This document shows, one piece after another, positions 19,525-29,054 of a DNA stretch of 64,000 nucleotides. The notes under the pieces are model-generated. The model searched no databases and had not been told where the DNA came from. It worked only from the letters and a program-made list of their open reading frames with translations. The first letter of the stretch is position 1. Each line of letters begins with the position of its first letter. Origin of the DNA: an uncultured Actinomycetes bacterium (GTDB taxonomy: Bacteria > Actinomycetota > Thermoleophilia > Gaiellales > Gaiellaceae); contig CAVQVA010000040.1 in NCBI GenBank assembly GCA_963716975.1, positions 17,223 to 81,222 on the forward strand. The letters run 5' to 3'. The translations under genes and the position numbers were made by a program.

Positions 19525-21188
19525 CCGTCGACCTGGAGCGGCGGCGAGACGCCCTCGACGAAGTTGCCGCTCGGGGACACGCGCGCTCGATAGGTACCGG
19601 GGACGAGCACGAGCTCGAGTCGAAATGCGCCGGTGCCGTCGGTGGTGGTCTCGCCGACCGGCACCCAGCCCGTCCCCCGCTGCCGCTCGAGGCTGACGAG
19701 CGCTCCCTGGAGCCGCGGCCGCACGGATCCCGATATCACCCCCGGCTGGTTGCTCTGCACGAGACGAACGCGCGGCGCCACGCGAACGAGAAGCACCTGG
19801 CCGACGACCGGAGTCGCCGCTCCTGCGCTCTCGATGCGGTAGCGAGTCGTTGCGGTCGGCCGTACCGAGCGGGAGACCGTTCCGTCGACCTCCCGGTCGA
19901 ACGCACCCACCGGGACCCAGGCGCCTCCGCCGATCGAGGCAGCGAGCTGGGGAGAGGTGAGGTTTCTCGCAACGCCCGTGAGCTGCAGAGAGGATCCGAA
20001 CTCGACGCTTCCGCGGGGGCGGTCGAGGCGGAGGACGCCGACCGAGATCCAGGTCGAGCGCAGACCGAATGCGGTGCGCACGAGGCTCGACGGAACCGAT
20101 GTCGGCCCGGCGAGCGTGGTGAGCGTGAGGGAGCGGAGCCTGCCCGAAGGACGCGTCAGAGCCGATGCGTCGACCACCCGCGAGGTCAGGCCGAGCTTCG
20201 CCTGCACGGTCCGCGCCCCGACGAGGATCGGTCCCCAGCGGTAGTACGGCGACGCCTTGTCCCAGGGATCCGGCCGCGAGACCAGGTAGGGGACCGCGAA
20301 GCCGAAGACGTCGGCAGCGCTCGCGGTCCTGCCGCCCGACGACGAGAAGTAGTAGGTCGCAGCGACCTGGCCTCCGTAGGTCACGATGCGTCCGGCCGTC
20401 GCGCGAACTGCCGCGGTCGACTCCGGCTGCTCGGCGGCGATGCCCCCGTACGCCTGGCTTCGCACGTCGGAGTAGAGGTCGTACGGCTTCCCCTTGAGGA
20501 GGTTCTTCAGTGCGTACGACCGCGCGGCGACGGCCTGCGCCTTCAGCGCCTCGATCGGCCACGAGTGCGGCATCTCCCCCGCCACGACGCCCTGCACGTA
20601 ATCCTCGAGACCGACGACGTTCACCGCGCGCAGGAACCCACCCTGCGAGGTGACCTCGAACGTGCCTCGGTACGCAACGCCGTCGAGCGCGAGCGGCGCC
20701 TTCCCGGCCTTGAAGACGAGCGGACCCGCTACCCGGCCCGTAGCACCCGGAAGTCGAAGCTCCGGTCCCACCGCGACCGCTCCCGCCGGAAGCTTGACGA
20801 CGGCTCCGGTTGCGTCCACGGCCCGAAACGGAGCCGTCGAGAGAACGGTGAGCGCCCTCCTTCCCTCTGCGAGCAGGACACGAACCGGTTTCGCGCTCGC
20901 CCGTCCGAGTTCGGTCCCCGGGTAGTAGTAGGCGAGGATCTCGTCGTACGCCCTACCCTCTTTCGCCTGTCCGAACGCCCCGTACTGGCTCATGCCTACG
21001 CCGTGGCCGAAGCCGCGTCCGGAGATCGCGAACACCGCTTCGCCGGGAAGGTTGTCCGCGGGCGGCGTGGTCTGCGCAACGGCAGAGGTCGCGAGGAGGC
21101 CGACGGAGAGGCTGAGGAGGGCGAGAAGGCGCACGAGAAGTCGATGAGGGTAGCGATGCGGCGTGAACCCTTTGTGTTCTCGGCACAA
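19521..21188 (-). CDS. SpoIID/LytB-domain protein (lytic transglycosylase/amidase-enhancer family)
   Basis: ORF 19521..21188 has an N-terminal signal-like segment and the motifs GRGFGHGVGMSQYGA, EMPHSWPIEALKAQAVAARSYAL and SSSGGRT. Confidence 0.85.
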   Translation of the reverse strand: MCREHKGFTPHRYPHRLLVRLLALLSLSVGLLATSAVAQTTPPADNLPGEAVFAISGRGFGHGVGMSQYGAFGQAKEGRAYDEILAYYYPGTELGRASAKPVRVLLAEGRRALTVLSTAPFRAVDATGAVVKLPAGAVAVGPELRLPGATGRVAGPLVFKAGKAPLALDGVAYRGTFEVTSQGGFLRAVNVVGLEDYVQGVVAGEMPHSWPIEALKAQAVAARSYALKNLLKGKPYDLYSDVRSQAYGGIAAEQPESTAAVRATAGRIVTYGGQVAATYYFSSSGGRTASAADVFGFAVPYLVSRPDPWDKASPYYRWGPILVGARTVQAKLGLTSRVVDASALTRPSGRLRSLTLTTLAGPTSVPSSLVRTAFGLRSTWISVGVLRLDRPRGSVEFGSSLQLTGVARNLTSPQLAASIGGGAWVPVGAFDREVDGTVSRSVRPTATTRYRIESAGAATPVVGQVLLVRVAPRVRLVQSNQPGVISGSVRPRLQGALVSLERQRGTGWVPVGETTTDGTGAFRLELVLVPGTYRARVSPSGNFVEGVSPPLQVDG

Positions 21189-21225
21189 AGGTCTAGCACT
21201 TGAGGACGAGGCTAGGGAAGCATGG

Positions 21226-22224
21226 TTAGCGCCACGCCGTCTCCTCGACCGGCGCGCGCTCCCGGAGCGGCTTCCACCACTCGCGGTTCTCGCGGTACCA
21301 GGCCACGGTCTCGGCGAGTCCCTCGGGCCAGCCGTGCTCCGGTTGCCAGCCGAGCTCCGTCCGGATCTTCGCCGCGTCGAGCAGATATCGGCGATCGTGG
21401 CCCGGCCGATCCGGGACGATCGTCTTCAGCGACTCGGGCTTGCCCGTGAACGCCAGCACGAGATCCGCGATCTCGGTGATCGTCGCCTCGACGCGCGACC
21501 CGACGTTGTACGTCTCCCCCTCACGCCCTTTGCGCAGGACGAGATCGATGGCCGAGCAGTGGTCGAGGACATGGAGCCACTCACGCTTGTTCTCCGTGGA
21601 CTCGTAGAGCGGAAGCGGGACGTCCTCGAGCGCGTTCGTCGTGAAGAGCGGGATCACTTTCTCGGGGAACTGGAACGGCCCGTAGTTGTTCGAGCAGTTC
21701 GTGATCGTCACGGGAAGCCCGAAGGTCTCGAAGTACGCCCGCACGGCGTGGTCGGCAGCAGCCTTCGAGGCGTTGTACGGCGTCCGCGGCCGGTACGGAG
21801 AGGTCTCGGTGAAGACCTCGTCCGAGTCGAGTGGGAGGTCCCCGTAGACCTCACACGTCGACACGTGGTGAAAGCGCTCGACTCCGACGGTGCGCGCAGC
21901 CTCGAGCAAGGTCTGCGTTCCCAGGGCATTCGTGCGGAAGAAGCGACCCGGGTCGACGACGGCGAGGCTGTTGTGCGACTCGGCCGCGAGGTTCACCACG
22001 ACGTCTATGCGCTCGTCTCGCAGGATGCTCTCGGCGAGCTCGCGATCGCCGATGTCACCCTGGACGAACACGATTCGCTCCTCGACCGTCGCCAGGTTCG
22101 GACGGTTGCCGGCGTACGTCAACAGGTCGTACACGACGACGTGATCGTCGGGGTAGCGCTCGAGCCAGTAGTGGACGAAGTTGGAGCCGATGAACCCCGC
22201 TCCGCCCGTGACGAGGAGGCGCAT
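21226..22224 (-). CDS. rfbB: dTDP-glucose 4,6-dehydratase
   Basis: ORF 21226..22224 has MRLLVTGGAGFIGSNF, the YNASKAA catalytic motif and overall RmlB-like length. Confidence 0.92.
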   Translation of the reverse strand: MRLLVTGGAGFIGSNFVHYWLERYPDDHVVVYDLLTYAGNRPNLATVEERIVFVQGDIGDRELAESILRDERIDVVVNLAAESHNSLAVVDPGRFFRTNALGTQTLLEAARTVGVERFHHVSTCEVYGDLPLDSDEVFTETSPYRPRTPYNASKAAADHAVRAYFETFGLPVTITNCSNNYGPFQFPEKVIPLFTTNALEDVPLPLYESTENKREWLHVLDHCSAIDLVLRKGREGETYNVGSRVEATITEIADLVLAFTGKPESLKTIVPDRPGHDRRYLLDAAKIRTELGWQPEHGWPEGLAETVAWYRENREWWKPLRERAPVEETAWR

Positions 22225-22234
22225 CGCGCGAAGG

Positions 22235-23044
22235 CTAGCGCCCGAGCTCCGCGAGGCATGCCCGGAGGCCCTCGCGCCAGTCGGGAAGGATCGGAGCCTC
22301 GGGTCGCTCGCTGCGGAGAACGGAGTACTCGGGTCGTCGCGCCAGGCGATCCGTCTCCGCTGTCCTGATTCGGCGTACGCGACAGTCGCTGCCGGCCTCC
22401 GCGAAGATCGCTTCCGCGAAGTCCGCCCACGTGCAGTCTCCGCGCGCCGCCAGGTGCCAGAGCCCGCGAGGCGCGTCCGCTTCTACGAGCTCGCGCACAG
22501 CGGAAGCGAGATGGCCGGCAAAGGTGGGACAGCCCCTCTGGTCGTCGACCACAGCCACCTCCGGCTGATCCGCACCGAGCTCGAGCATCGTCCGGACGAA
22601 GTTGCGACCGGTGACGCCGAAGAGCCACGACGTTCGGACGATCCAGGCATCCGGGCCGGCAGCAGCCTCGGCGAGCAGCTTCGAGCGCCCGTAGGCAGAC
22701 AAGGGGTTCGGCGGGTCGGACTCGCGGTACGGCTCGCGCCTGGCGCCGTCGAAGACGTAGTCCGTCGAGAACGCGACGAGCGGCGCTCCCAGCGCGGCCA
22801 CGTTCGCGGTTCCCCCGACATTGACCGCCGAGGCGCCCTGGGGATCGGCCTCGGCGCCGTCGACATCGGTCCACGCGGCTGCGTGGAGGACGAGGCCGTA
22901 GGTACGTCGCCGGATGCTCTCGGCCGCCGGATGCGTGATGTCCCAGTCCTCGTGACCGAGTGCGACGACGTCTTTGTCGGCGAATGCAAGCTGCAGCGCC
23001 CGGCCGAGCTGTCCGTTGGCGCCGGTGACGAGAACCGTGCTCAG
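22235..23044 (-). CDS. rfbD: dTDP-4-dehydrorhamnose reductase
   Basis: The frame of ORF 22235..22801 continues upstream as LSTVLVTGANGQLGRAL... up to an in-frame TGA. The only start-like codon is the CTG at 23044, which overlaps the rmlC stop. Motifs STDYVFDG and YGRSKL are present. Confidence 0.8.
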   Translation of the reverse strand: MSTVLVTGANGQLGRALQLAFADKDVVALGHEDWDITHPAAESIRRRTYGLVLHAAAWTDVDGAEADPQGASAVNVGGTANVAALGAPLVAFSTDYVFDGARREPYRESDPPNPLSAYGRSKLLAEAAAGPDAWIVRTSWLFGVTGRNFVRTMLELGADQPEVAVVDDQRGCPTFAGHLASAVRELVEADAPRGLWHLAARGDCTWADFAEAIFAEAGSDCRVRRIRTAETDRLARRPEYSVLRSERPEAPILPDWREGLRACLAELGR

Positions 23045-23508
23045 GACGACGCGACCGTGTCCCGCACGGACAGGATCGGATCAGTCGTCTTCCAGACGTG
23101 CGAGACCCGGGGATCGTTCCACGCCACTGTCTGCTCGTCGGGATCCGCCCGATCGAACTCCGCCGTCACGTGGTAGCAGAGGAGAATGTCCGTCAGCGCC
23201 TCGTAGCCGTGCGCGTGGTGGCCCGGGATGTAGATCGCGACGGGATTGTCGTCCCCGATGTCCTCGACAAAGACCTCGCCCGTTTCTCGGTCGAGAACGA
23301 CGATGCGCGCGGTTCCCTGGAGGCACGCGAACAGGTCGTCCTGCCCTCGCTCGTGGAAGTGCAGCCCTCTGACGACGCCCGCCCGCGAGAACGACACGTT
23401 CGTCTGGACCATGGGCCTCGGCAAGCCGCTGTCACGGCGAAGCTCGACGAACCAGCCGCGGTCATCGGAGCTGGTCTCGAGGGGGAAGCGCTGGATCCCG
23501 TCGATCAC
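23041..23508 (-). CDS. rfbC: dTDP-4-dehydrorhamnose 3,5-epimerase
   Basis: GTG at 23508 (GTGA overlap with the rmlA stop). RmlC cupin pattern: DDRGWFVE...RGLHFH...YIPGHHAHGY. Confidence 0.85.
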   Translation of the reverse strand: MIDGIQRFPLETSSDDRGWFVELRRDSGLPRPMVQTNVSFSRAGVVRGLHFHERGQDDLFACLQGTARIVVLDRETGEVFVEDIGDDNPVAIYIPGHHAHGYEALTDILLCYHVTAEFDRADPDEQTVAWNDPRVSHVWKTTDPILSVRDTVASS

Positions 23509-24296
23509 GGCGAGACCTTGTTCACACCCGTCTCCTCGATCACACCGCCGATCTCGGCGAGATGCTGCCAGTGCTTGCCCGCGTCTTCCCACCAGCCTTC
23601 GACCTCGTGCGCCTGGAGCCGGCCTTCGAGTGCGTAGTGACGGTTGACGTCCGTGATCTCGAGCTCGCCGCGGTTCGACGGCTCGAGTGCGGCGATGACG
23701 TCGAAGACATCGGGCGGGTAGCAGTAGAGGCCGACCACCGCGAACGAGGACGGGGGTGTCGCGAATCGCATGTCCACGACTCCCGCCTTCTCGACGATGT
23801 CTGCGACCCTGCCGTCGTCTCCGTACACGACGACTCCGAAGTTCTCCGGGTCGGGCACGCTCTTGACGAAAATCTGGGCGCCTTCTGGATGCTCGTACCA
23901 GGCGCGGATCGCCTCGGACTGCGCGTACTCGAAGATGTTGTCCGCGAGCACGACGACCAGAGGATCGTCACCTGCGAAGTCACGCGCCATGCCGACGACC
24001 TGCGCGATCCCACCCGCTTCCGTCTGCACCTTGTACGTGAGATCGAGCTCCAGGATCGCGTCCTCGTTGTTCCGGGACTCGAGGACGCCGTCGCCGAGCA
24101 GGTCGATCATCTGCCCGGCGTGGCCCTTCCCGGTCACGAGGAGTACGTCCGTGACACCGGCCCGCTGCAGGAGCTGGAGGGGGTAGTAGATCATCGGCCA
24201 GTGCCCGACCGGGAGCAGGTGCTTGTTCGTCACGCGCGTGAGCTCGCCGAGACGAGTCGCCTCGCCACCGGCACAGATCAGGCCCTTGGGCATCAC
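23505..24296 (-). CDS. rfbA: glucose-1-phosphate thymidylyltransferase-type sugar nucleotidyltransferase
   Basis: ORF 23505..24296 has the KGLICAGGEATRL (GxGxR) motif. It is the first gene of the rmlA-C-D-B cluster. Confidence 0.85.
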   Translation of the reverse strand: MMPKGLICAGGEATRLGELTRVTNKHLLPVGHWPMIYYPLQLLQRAGVTDVLLVTGKGHAGQMIDLLGDGVLESRNNEDAILELDLTYKVQTEAGGIAQVVGMARDFAGDDPLVVVLADNIFEYAQSEAIRAWYEHPEGAQIFVKSVPDPENFGVVVYGDDGRVADIVEKAGVVDMRFATPPSSFAVVGLYCYPPDVFDVIAALEPSNRGELEITDVNRHYALEGRLQAHEVEGWWEDAGKHWQHLAEIGGVIEETGVNKVSP

Positions 24297-24330
24297 GGCC
24301 CAGGATGCTAACCCGGATGCGACCGCCGGC

Positions 24331-26580
24331 TCAGTCGCCGCTCGCCGGAGCGGCGGCGCCGGGTCGATGCTCCCCGAGCGGCGACGGCTCGACGCGCACG
24401 ACCCGCGCGAGCCCGTCGGGCAGCCACCAGTTCCACCTGTCGAACAGCTTCATGGCGCTTGGTACGAGCAGCGTCCGCACGATCGTGACGTCGATGAGAA
24501 TGGCCGTGGCGAGCCCGAAACCGAACTGTTGCAGCCCGACGACGGACCCGGCGACGAGGCCCATGAATGCGGCGAACATGATGAGGCCCGCAGCCGTGAC
24601 GAGCCTGCCGGTCTTCGTCAGCCCGAGGACGATCGCCTCCTCGTTCGTCGCTCCCTTGTCCCACTCCTCGCGCATTCGCGAGACGAGGAAGACCTCGTAG
24701 TCCATCGAGAGGCCGAACAGCATCGCGAAGAGCATCACCGGAATCCATGCCTCGATCTGGTCGTACGAGATCAGACCGACCCACTCCCCGGCGCCCCACT
24801 TGAAGACCATCACCAGTAGGCCATAGGCGGCGCCGATCGAGAGCAGGTTGAGGACGATCGCCTTGAGCGGCAGCACGATCGACCGGAACGCCCGCATCAG
24901 CAGCAAGTACGTCGCGACGAGCACCGCGAGCACGAGCCACGGGAACCAGCTGTAGGTCAGGTCGATGAAGTCCTTGCCACCCGGTGGTCCTCCTCCTGCG
25001 TAGATCCGCGCGGTCTCCGGGAACCTCGCCGCCGGGATGACGTCCCCGCGAAGTCGACTGACGAACGCGAGGCTCTCCGGCTTCCCGTAGTCGCTCTTTC
25101 CGATCACCTCGATGTTCAGGTATCGGGCGGTTGGATCGACGTGTTGCGGCGTCTTCGCGAAGACGACCTTCGCGACCTGCGGATCTGCGCGAAGAAGTCC
25201 GTCGAGCTCCGCGACCGCCTTCGTGATCGCAGGCTCACGAACGCCCCCGGCGCTCCCGGTGTCGATCACGATCGCCGTCGGGGCGACCGCCCCCGCGCCT
25301 ACGGCGTCGCTCAGGATGTCGAAGCCCTGGACGGCTTGCAGGTCTCGTGGGATCCCCTCGTTGGACCCGGGCCCGAGCTGGAGCGTGAACACCGGAAGCA
25401 TGAGCAGGACGAGGAACCCGGCGGCCGAGAACGCGACGAGCTTCGGGTAGCGCATGATGAACCGCGCCAGGACTGCCCAGAATCCGCGCTCGTGGTCGGC
25501 GCGGTGCTCGATCCAGCGCTTCGGGAGGAGCCGCACCCGGTCGAGTGGCTTCCCGACGAACGAGAGCACGGCCGGCAGGAACGTGGTCGCTGCGAGAACC
25601 GATACCGCCGGGATGATCAGGCCGCCCACGCCGAACCCGCGGATGAACGGAAGCGGCATGAACAGCAGCATCGCCAGACCGATCGCGACTGCCGTTCCGC
25701 TGAAGACGACCGCGCGCCCCGCTGTTCCCATCGTCGTCACGATCGCCTCGTCGCGAGAGGCGGTGCGTCGGAGCTCCTCGCGAAAGCGGTACACAATCAG
25801 GAGGGAGTAGTCGATCGCGATGCCGAGGCCGATGAGCGTGACCAGGTTCGTGAGGTACGTGGTCAGCTCCATGAAGTTGGCAAAGATCCAGATGATCCCG
25901 AGCGTGGTGGGGATCGTCACGATCGCGAAGGCGAACGGGAGCAGGAACGCGAGCGTCCCGAACGTGAAGACGAGGATCAGGAGCGCGATCGGGATCGCGA
26001 TCATCTCACCCTTGGCGAGATCCTCGGAGAACACGGGGTCGAGGTCGTGCTCGATTGCTGCCTGACCAGTGAGGAAGACCTGTGCGCCCTGGATCGTGCC
26101 GGCCGCCGTGCGCATGTCGTCCGTCCGGCCCTTGGAGTCCGCGGGCTCGAGGTTCGAGACGATCTGCGCCACGACCACGTCGCCGTTCACCGCGATGACC
26201 GAAACGACCCGGCCGGTCGGAAGCTCCGCGGCCGCTCGCGCGGCTGCCGCGCGCACCTGCGGAACGAGCTTCTCGGCGTTCCCCTCGCCCTTGACGACGA
26301 GCGTGAACGAGCCGGTCGATCGCTGACCGAAATGATCCTGGAGGATCACCTCCGCGCGACGCGTGTCGGTACCCGGAAGCGTGAAGCGATTGGTGAGGAG
26401 GCCGGAGAGCTGGGACGATGCGAAGCCGCAGACGAGGAAGGCCGCGAGCCACCCCGCCAGCACGAGCCGGCGGTGGCGGAGGACGAAGCGCGTCAGCGCT
26501 TCCACGCCGCCTCTCGCTCGCGGCGCTGTGCCAGCTTCCGTTGCTTCACGCCCGGAACGGCCCGGACCGCAGCGAACCAC
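24331..26580 (-). CDS. MMPL/RND-superfamily membrane transporter
   Basis: ORF 24331..26580 has two 6-TM bundles separated by soluble loops, typical of the MMPL family. The real start may be the GTG near 26505 (VEALTRFVLRHRR). Confidence 0.85.
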   Translation of the reverse strand: MVRCGPGRSGREATEAGTAPRARGGVEALTRFVLRHRRLVLAGWLAAFLVCGFASSQLSGLLTNRFTLPGTDTRRAEVILQDHFGQRSTGSFTLVVKGEGNAEKLVPQVRAAAARAAAELPTGRVVSVIAVNGDVVVAQIVSNLEPADSKGRTDDMRTAAGTIQGAQVFLTGQAAIEHDLDPVFSEDLAKGEMIAIPIALLILVFTFGTLAFLLPFAFAIVTIPTTLGIIWIFANFMELTTYLTNLVTLIGLGIAIDYSLLIVYRFREELRRTASRDEAIVTTMGTAGRAVVFSGTAVAIGLAMLLFMPLPFIRGFGVGGLIIPAVSVLAATTFLPAVLSFVGKPLDRVRLLPKRWIEHRADHERGFWAVLARFIMRYPKLVAFSAAGFLVLLMLPVFTLQLGPGSNEGIPRDLQAVQGFDILSDAVGAGAVAPTAIVIDTGSAGGVREPAITKAVAELDGLLRADPQVAKVVFAKTPQHVDPTARYLNIEVIGKSDYGKPESLAFVSRLRGDVIPAARFPETARIYAGGGPPGGKDFIDLTYSWFPWLVLAVLVATYLLLMRAFRSIVLPLKAIVLNLLSIGAAYGLLVMVFKWGAGEWVGLISYDQIEAWIPVMLFAMLFGLSMDYEVFLVSRMREEWDKGATNEEAIVLGLTKTGRLVTAAGLIMFAAFMGLVAGSVVGLQQFGFGLATAILIDVTIVRTLLVPSAMKLFDRWNWWLPDGLARVVRVEPSPLGEHRPGAAAPASGD

Positions 26581-26684
26581 ACGTAGAGCGAGGCGCCGAA
26601 GAGTCCCGTTATGACGGCGACGATGCGTCGCGGATGACGCATGAGGAACAGCACCCCCGTCACCGGGACGATGCTAGCCGACAT
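26493..26684 (-). CDS. possible small two-TM membrane protein upstream of the MMPL gene
   Basis: C-terminal 63 codons of ORF 26493..26987: MSASIVPVTGVLFLMRHPRRIVAVITGLFGASLYVWFAAV... It has GC-rich third positions and two hydrophobic stretches. Weak support only. Confidence 0.35.
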   Translation of the reverse strand: MSASIVPVTGVLFLMRHPRRIVAVITGLFGASLYVWFAAVRAVPGVKQRKLAQRREREAAWKR

Positions 26685-26714
26685 ACTTCGGGCAGTCGTA
26701 GAAAGGTGGGACAC

Positions 26715-27182
26715 ATGAGCAAGACGAAAGACAAGCCAACCGTCGCGGTCGAAACGCTGCGGCCGTACGTGAAGCGTGCGATGGAGGATCCCGAGCTGCG
26801 GGACGACCTCCTGGCCGCGTTCGTGACCGCGCGGAGCCTCTACGGGCAGCTCGGCAAGAAGAGCGGCGTGAAGGCCAAGGCGCAGAAGATCACGGACAAG
26901 GACGTCCAGGAGGATCTCCAGGATCTCGTCGCGACGCTCACGACGGCGACCGAACGCATCCAGGGCAAGGCGCCCAAGAAGACCCACAAGATGCGCCGAA
27001 TCTTCCTGCTTACCGGTGTAACGCTTGGCGTCCTCTACAACCCGTGGACGGGGCAGGCGACGCGCGAGTGGATCATGGAGAAGGTCGCAGGTGGCAACGG
27101 CTCGGGTCTCGAGGAGTTCTCCGAAGCGCTCGAGGCGGAGGCCGAGGCCATGGGCAACGGCGCCGAGCCCGGCGACTCGTAA
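26715..27182 (+). CDS. hypothetical protein with one predicted TM segment
   Basis: The ATG at 26715 is preceded by GAAAGGTGGG. The product is MSKTKDKPTVAVETLRPYVKRAMEDPELRDDL...IFLLTGVTLGVLY. I recognise no family. Confidence 0.6.
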   Translation: MSKTKDKPTVAVETLRPYVKRAMEDPELRDDLLAAFVTARSLYGQLGKKSGVKAKAQKITDKDVQEDLQDLVATLTTATERIQGKAPKKTHKMRRIFLLTGVTLGVLYNPWTGQATREWIMEKVAGGNGSGLEEFSEALEAEAEAMGNGAEPGDS

Positions 27183-27246
27183 GGCGAGCCAAGACCTCAG
27201 CCGGCGTTCCAGCTGGACCTCCGAACCTGGGCTCCTAGCCCGGGTC

Positions 27247-28662
27247 CTAGCCTGGCTTGCGCCGGAGGGCGTTCTCGAGAGCGCCAGGGACGAGCCCGCT
27301 CAAGGGCGCGATGTCGTCTGCCTGCAGGAGCACCGCTCCGGGCGGCGGCAGCGTGCTTGCGCTCGTACCCGACGGCACGTAGATGCGCCCGGCGGCGAAC
27401 GAGACGTCCTCCGCCCGGCGCCACGCGATGAGGAACGGGTAGGGGGCGACCACACCGTCGTAGCCGAGCCCGATCATCGCCGCGGGGTGGATCTCGAAGT
27501 GGAGGTGCGGCGCCCCGCCGTCGGCGTCGCCCGTCGCGCCGACGAAGCCGATGACGTCGCCGGCCTCGACCTGCTGGCCCTCGACGGCGAGCGGCGAGTA
27601 CGCGGACAGGTGTGCGTAGTAGAACTCGTTGCCGTCGGTATCTCGTAGCCACAGCCGGTAGCCCCCGATGGGGATGAATCCGATGGAGTGGAGCGTTCCG
27701 TTCGCGACGGCGAGGATCGGCGCTCCCAACGGCGCGAAGATGTCCTCCCCGTGATGCCAGCCACTGGAGATGTCGGGACGCGGGGCGCCGAAGCTGTCGC
27801 CGAAGGACGCCGGCCCGAAGATCGGGAAGACGTAGCCGTCTCGGGTCAGGTCGGCGGCCACCCCGGCCGGGGCAGTTCGAACCGGTCCTCCCGGGATCGT
27901 CGTCGCACCGGTGTCGGGCTCCGGTGGTGGCGGTTGCGTGGTCGGCTGACTCGAGCCGTCGCTCGGCCCTCCGCCGACCCCGCGCGGGGGCGGTGGCAAT
28001 GCAGGCGCAACGACCGCCGTCGCGTCCGCTTGACCCACGACGATCTCGCTGCCGACGGGTAGGCCTCCGTGCGCCGCAGTCAGGCGCACGCGGAGAACCG
28101 CGACGCTCCCCTGCGCAGCTGGAATGCTCCCTCGGCGACTGCCTGTGCTCTGACCCAGGACGGACAACGTGCCCCAGTCCTCGAGCGCAACCGTCCCGGG
28201 CGTGGAGGGAACGTCCTGTCCGAGGACGCGGAGCCCTTGCACCGCCGAGTCTCCGACGTCAGCCCCCGCGGAGCGCATGCTCGCTCCGGCACTCGTCTTC
28301 GCGGTCACCTGTGCGGCGAGAATCTCCCCGCCGAAGAGGGAGAGCGCGATCGTCTCGGCCGATGCCTGCGAGACCGCCACGGGGCCGGTCTGCGCGACGA
28401 CGCTCGCCCGCGATTCACCCGTGTTCACGACCGTGCCGTCGCCCGGGTATGCGAACGACTGCACTTCGGCCGTCGTGGTCGTCGGCCAGACGAGCTCACC
28501 GAGTGTCACGTCCGACTTGTCCGGGATCGTGATCCGGACGATTGCGGCGCTCGCCGCCGTATCTGCTCCGCTCGGGGGCGCCGCAGCCGCGGCAAGTCCC
28601 GTGAAGACGACGAGCGCCGCGCCTGCGACGACAGCGATGTAGAGCGCACGGCGTGGAATCAC
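27247..28662 (-). CDS. secreted M23 (LytM-type) peptidoglycan metalloendopeptidase
   Basis: ORF 27247..28662 has an N-terminal signal/anchor. The C-terminal motifs are HHGEDIFAP...GDVIGFVGATGDA...PHLHFEIH. The GTG start forms a GTGA overlap with the upstream TSUP gene. Confidence 0.85.
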   Translation of the reverse strand: MIPRRALYIAVVAGAALVVFTGLAAAAAPPSGADTAASAAIVRITIPDKSDVTLGELVWPTTTTAEVQSFAYPGDGTVVNTGESRASVVAQTGPVAVSQASAETIALSLFGGEILAAQVTAKTSAGASMRSAGADVGDSAVQGLRVLGQDVPSTPGTVALEDWGTLSVLGQSTGSRRGSIPAAQGSVAVLRVRLTAAHGGLPVGSEIVVGQADATAVVAPALPPPPRGVGGGPSDGSSQPTTQPPPPEPDTGATTIPGGPVRTAPAGVAADLTRDGYVFPIFGPASFGDSFGAPRPDISSGWHHGEDIFAPLGAPILAVANGTLHSIGFIPIGGYRLWLRDTDGNEFYYAHLSAYSPLAVEGQQVEAGDVIGFVGATGDADGGAPHLHFEIHPAAMIGLGYDGVVAPYPFLIAWRRAEDVSFAAGRIYVPSGTSASTLPPPGAVLLQADDIAPLSGLVPGALENALRRKPG

Positions 28663-29054
28663 GGCGATTCAGGGTAGCGGCGGCTCGCGCGGCGGGTGCG
28701 CCAGACGAGCTGGACCGCGACGGCGAAGAGCAGGACGGCGAAGAGACGACGGAGGACGTCTTCCGGCAGCGACGTCGCGATGCGCGCGCCTATCTCGACC
28801 CCCACGATCGACGAGATGCCGACGACGAGTGCGAGGCGAGCGCGAAAGTGCCCATACCGGTACTGGTTGACGACACCGGCCGTGACCGTCGGCAAGATCG
28901 CGAGCAGGGACGTCGCCTGCGCTTCGAGCTGGCCGAGCCCGAGCGCGATCAGCGTCGGGACGAAAAGGATCCCGCCTCCGACCCCGAACAGTCCCGAGAG
29001 CACGCCCGCGGCAAGACCCAGGCTGATCGCCAGCACGATGGTCGTCGCGCTCAT
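28659..29054 (-). CDS. TSUP (TauE/SafE) family half-size 4-TM transporter subunit, second half
   Basis: The ATG at 29054 (ATGA overlap with the preceding half) gives MSATTIVLAISLGLAAGVLSGLFGVGGGILFVP, the TSUP repeat signature. Confidence 0.75.
   Translation of the reverse strand: MSATTIVLAISLGLAAGVLSGLFGVGGGILFVPTLIALGLGQLEAQATSLLAILPTVTAGVVNQYRYGHFRARLALVVGISSIVGVEIGARIATSLPEDVLRRLFAVLLFAVAVQLVWRTRRASRRYPESP

Noticed and set aside
17881-20562. 893-aa ORF suggesting a giant S8 protease
   Set aside because: Only the last 547 aa, from the ATG at 19524 with a signal peptide, look like protein. The upstream extension overlaps the SpoIID gene in another frame and is Arg/Gly-rich shadow.
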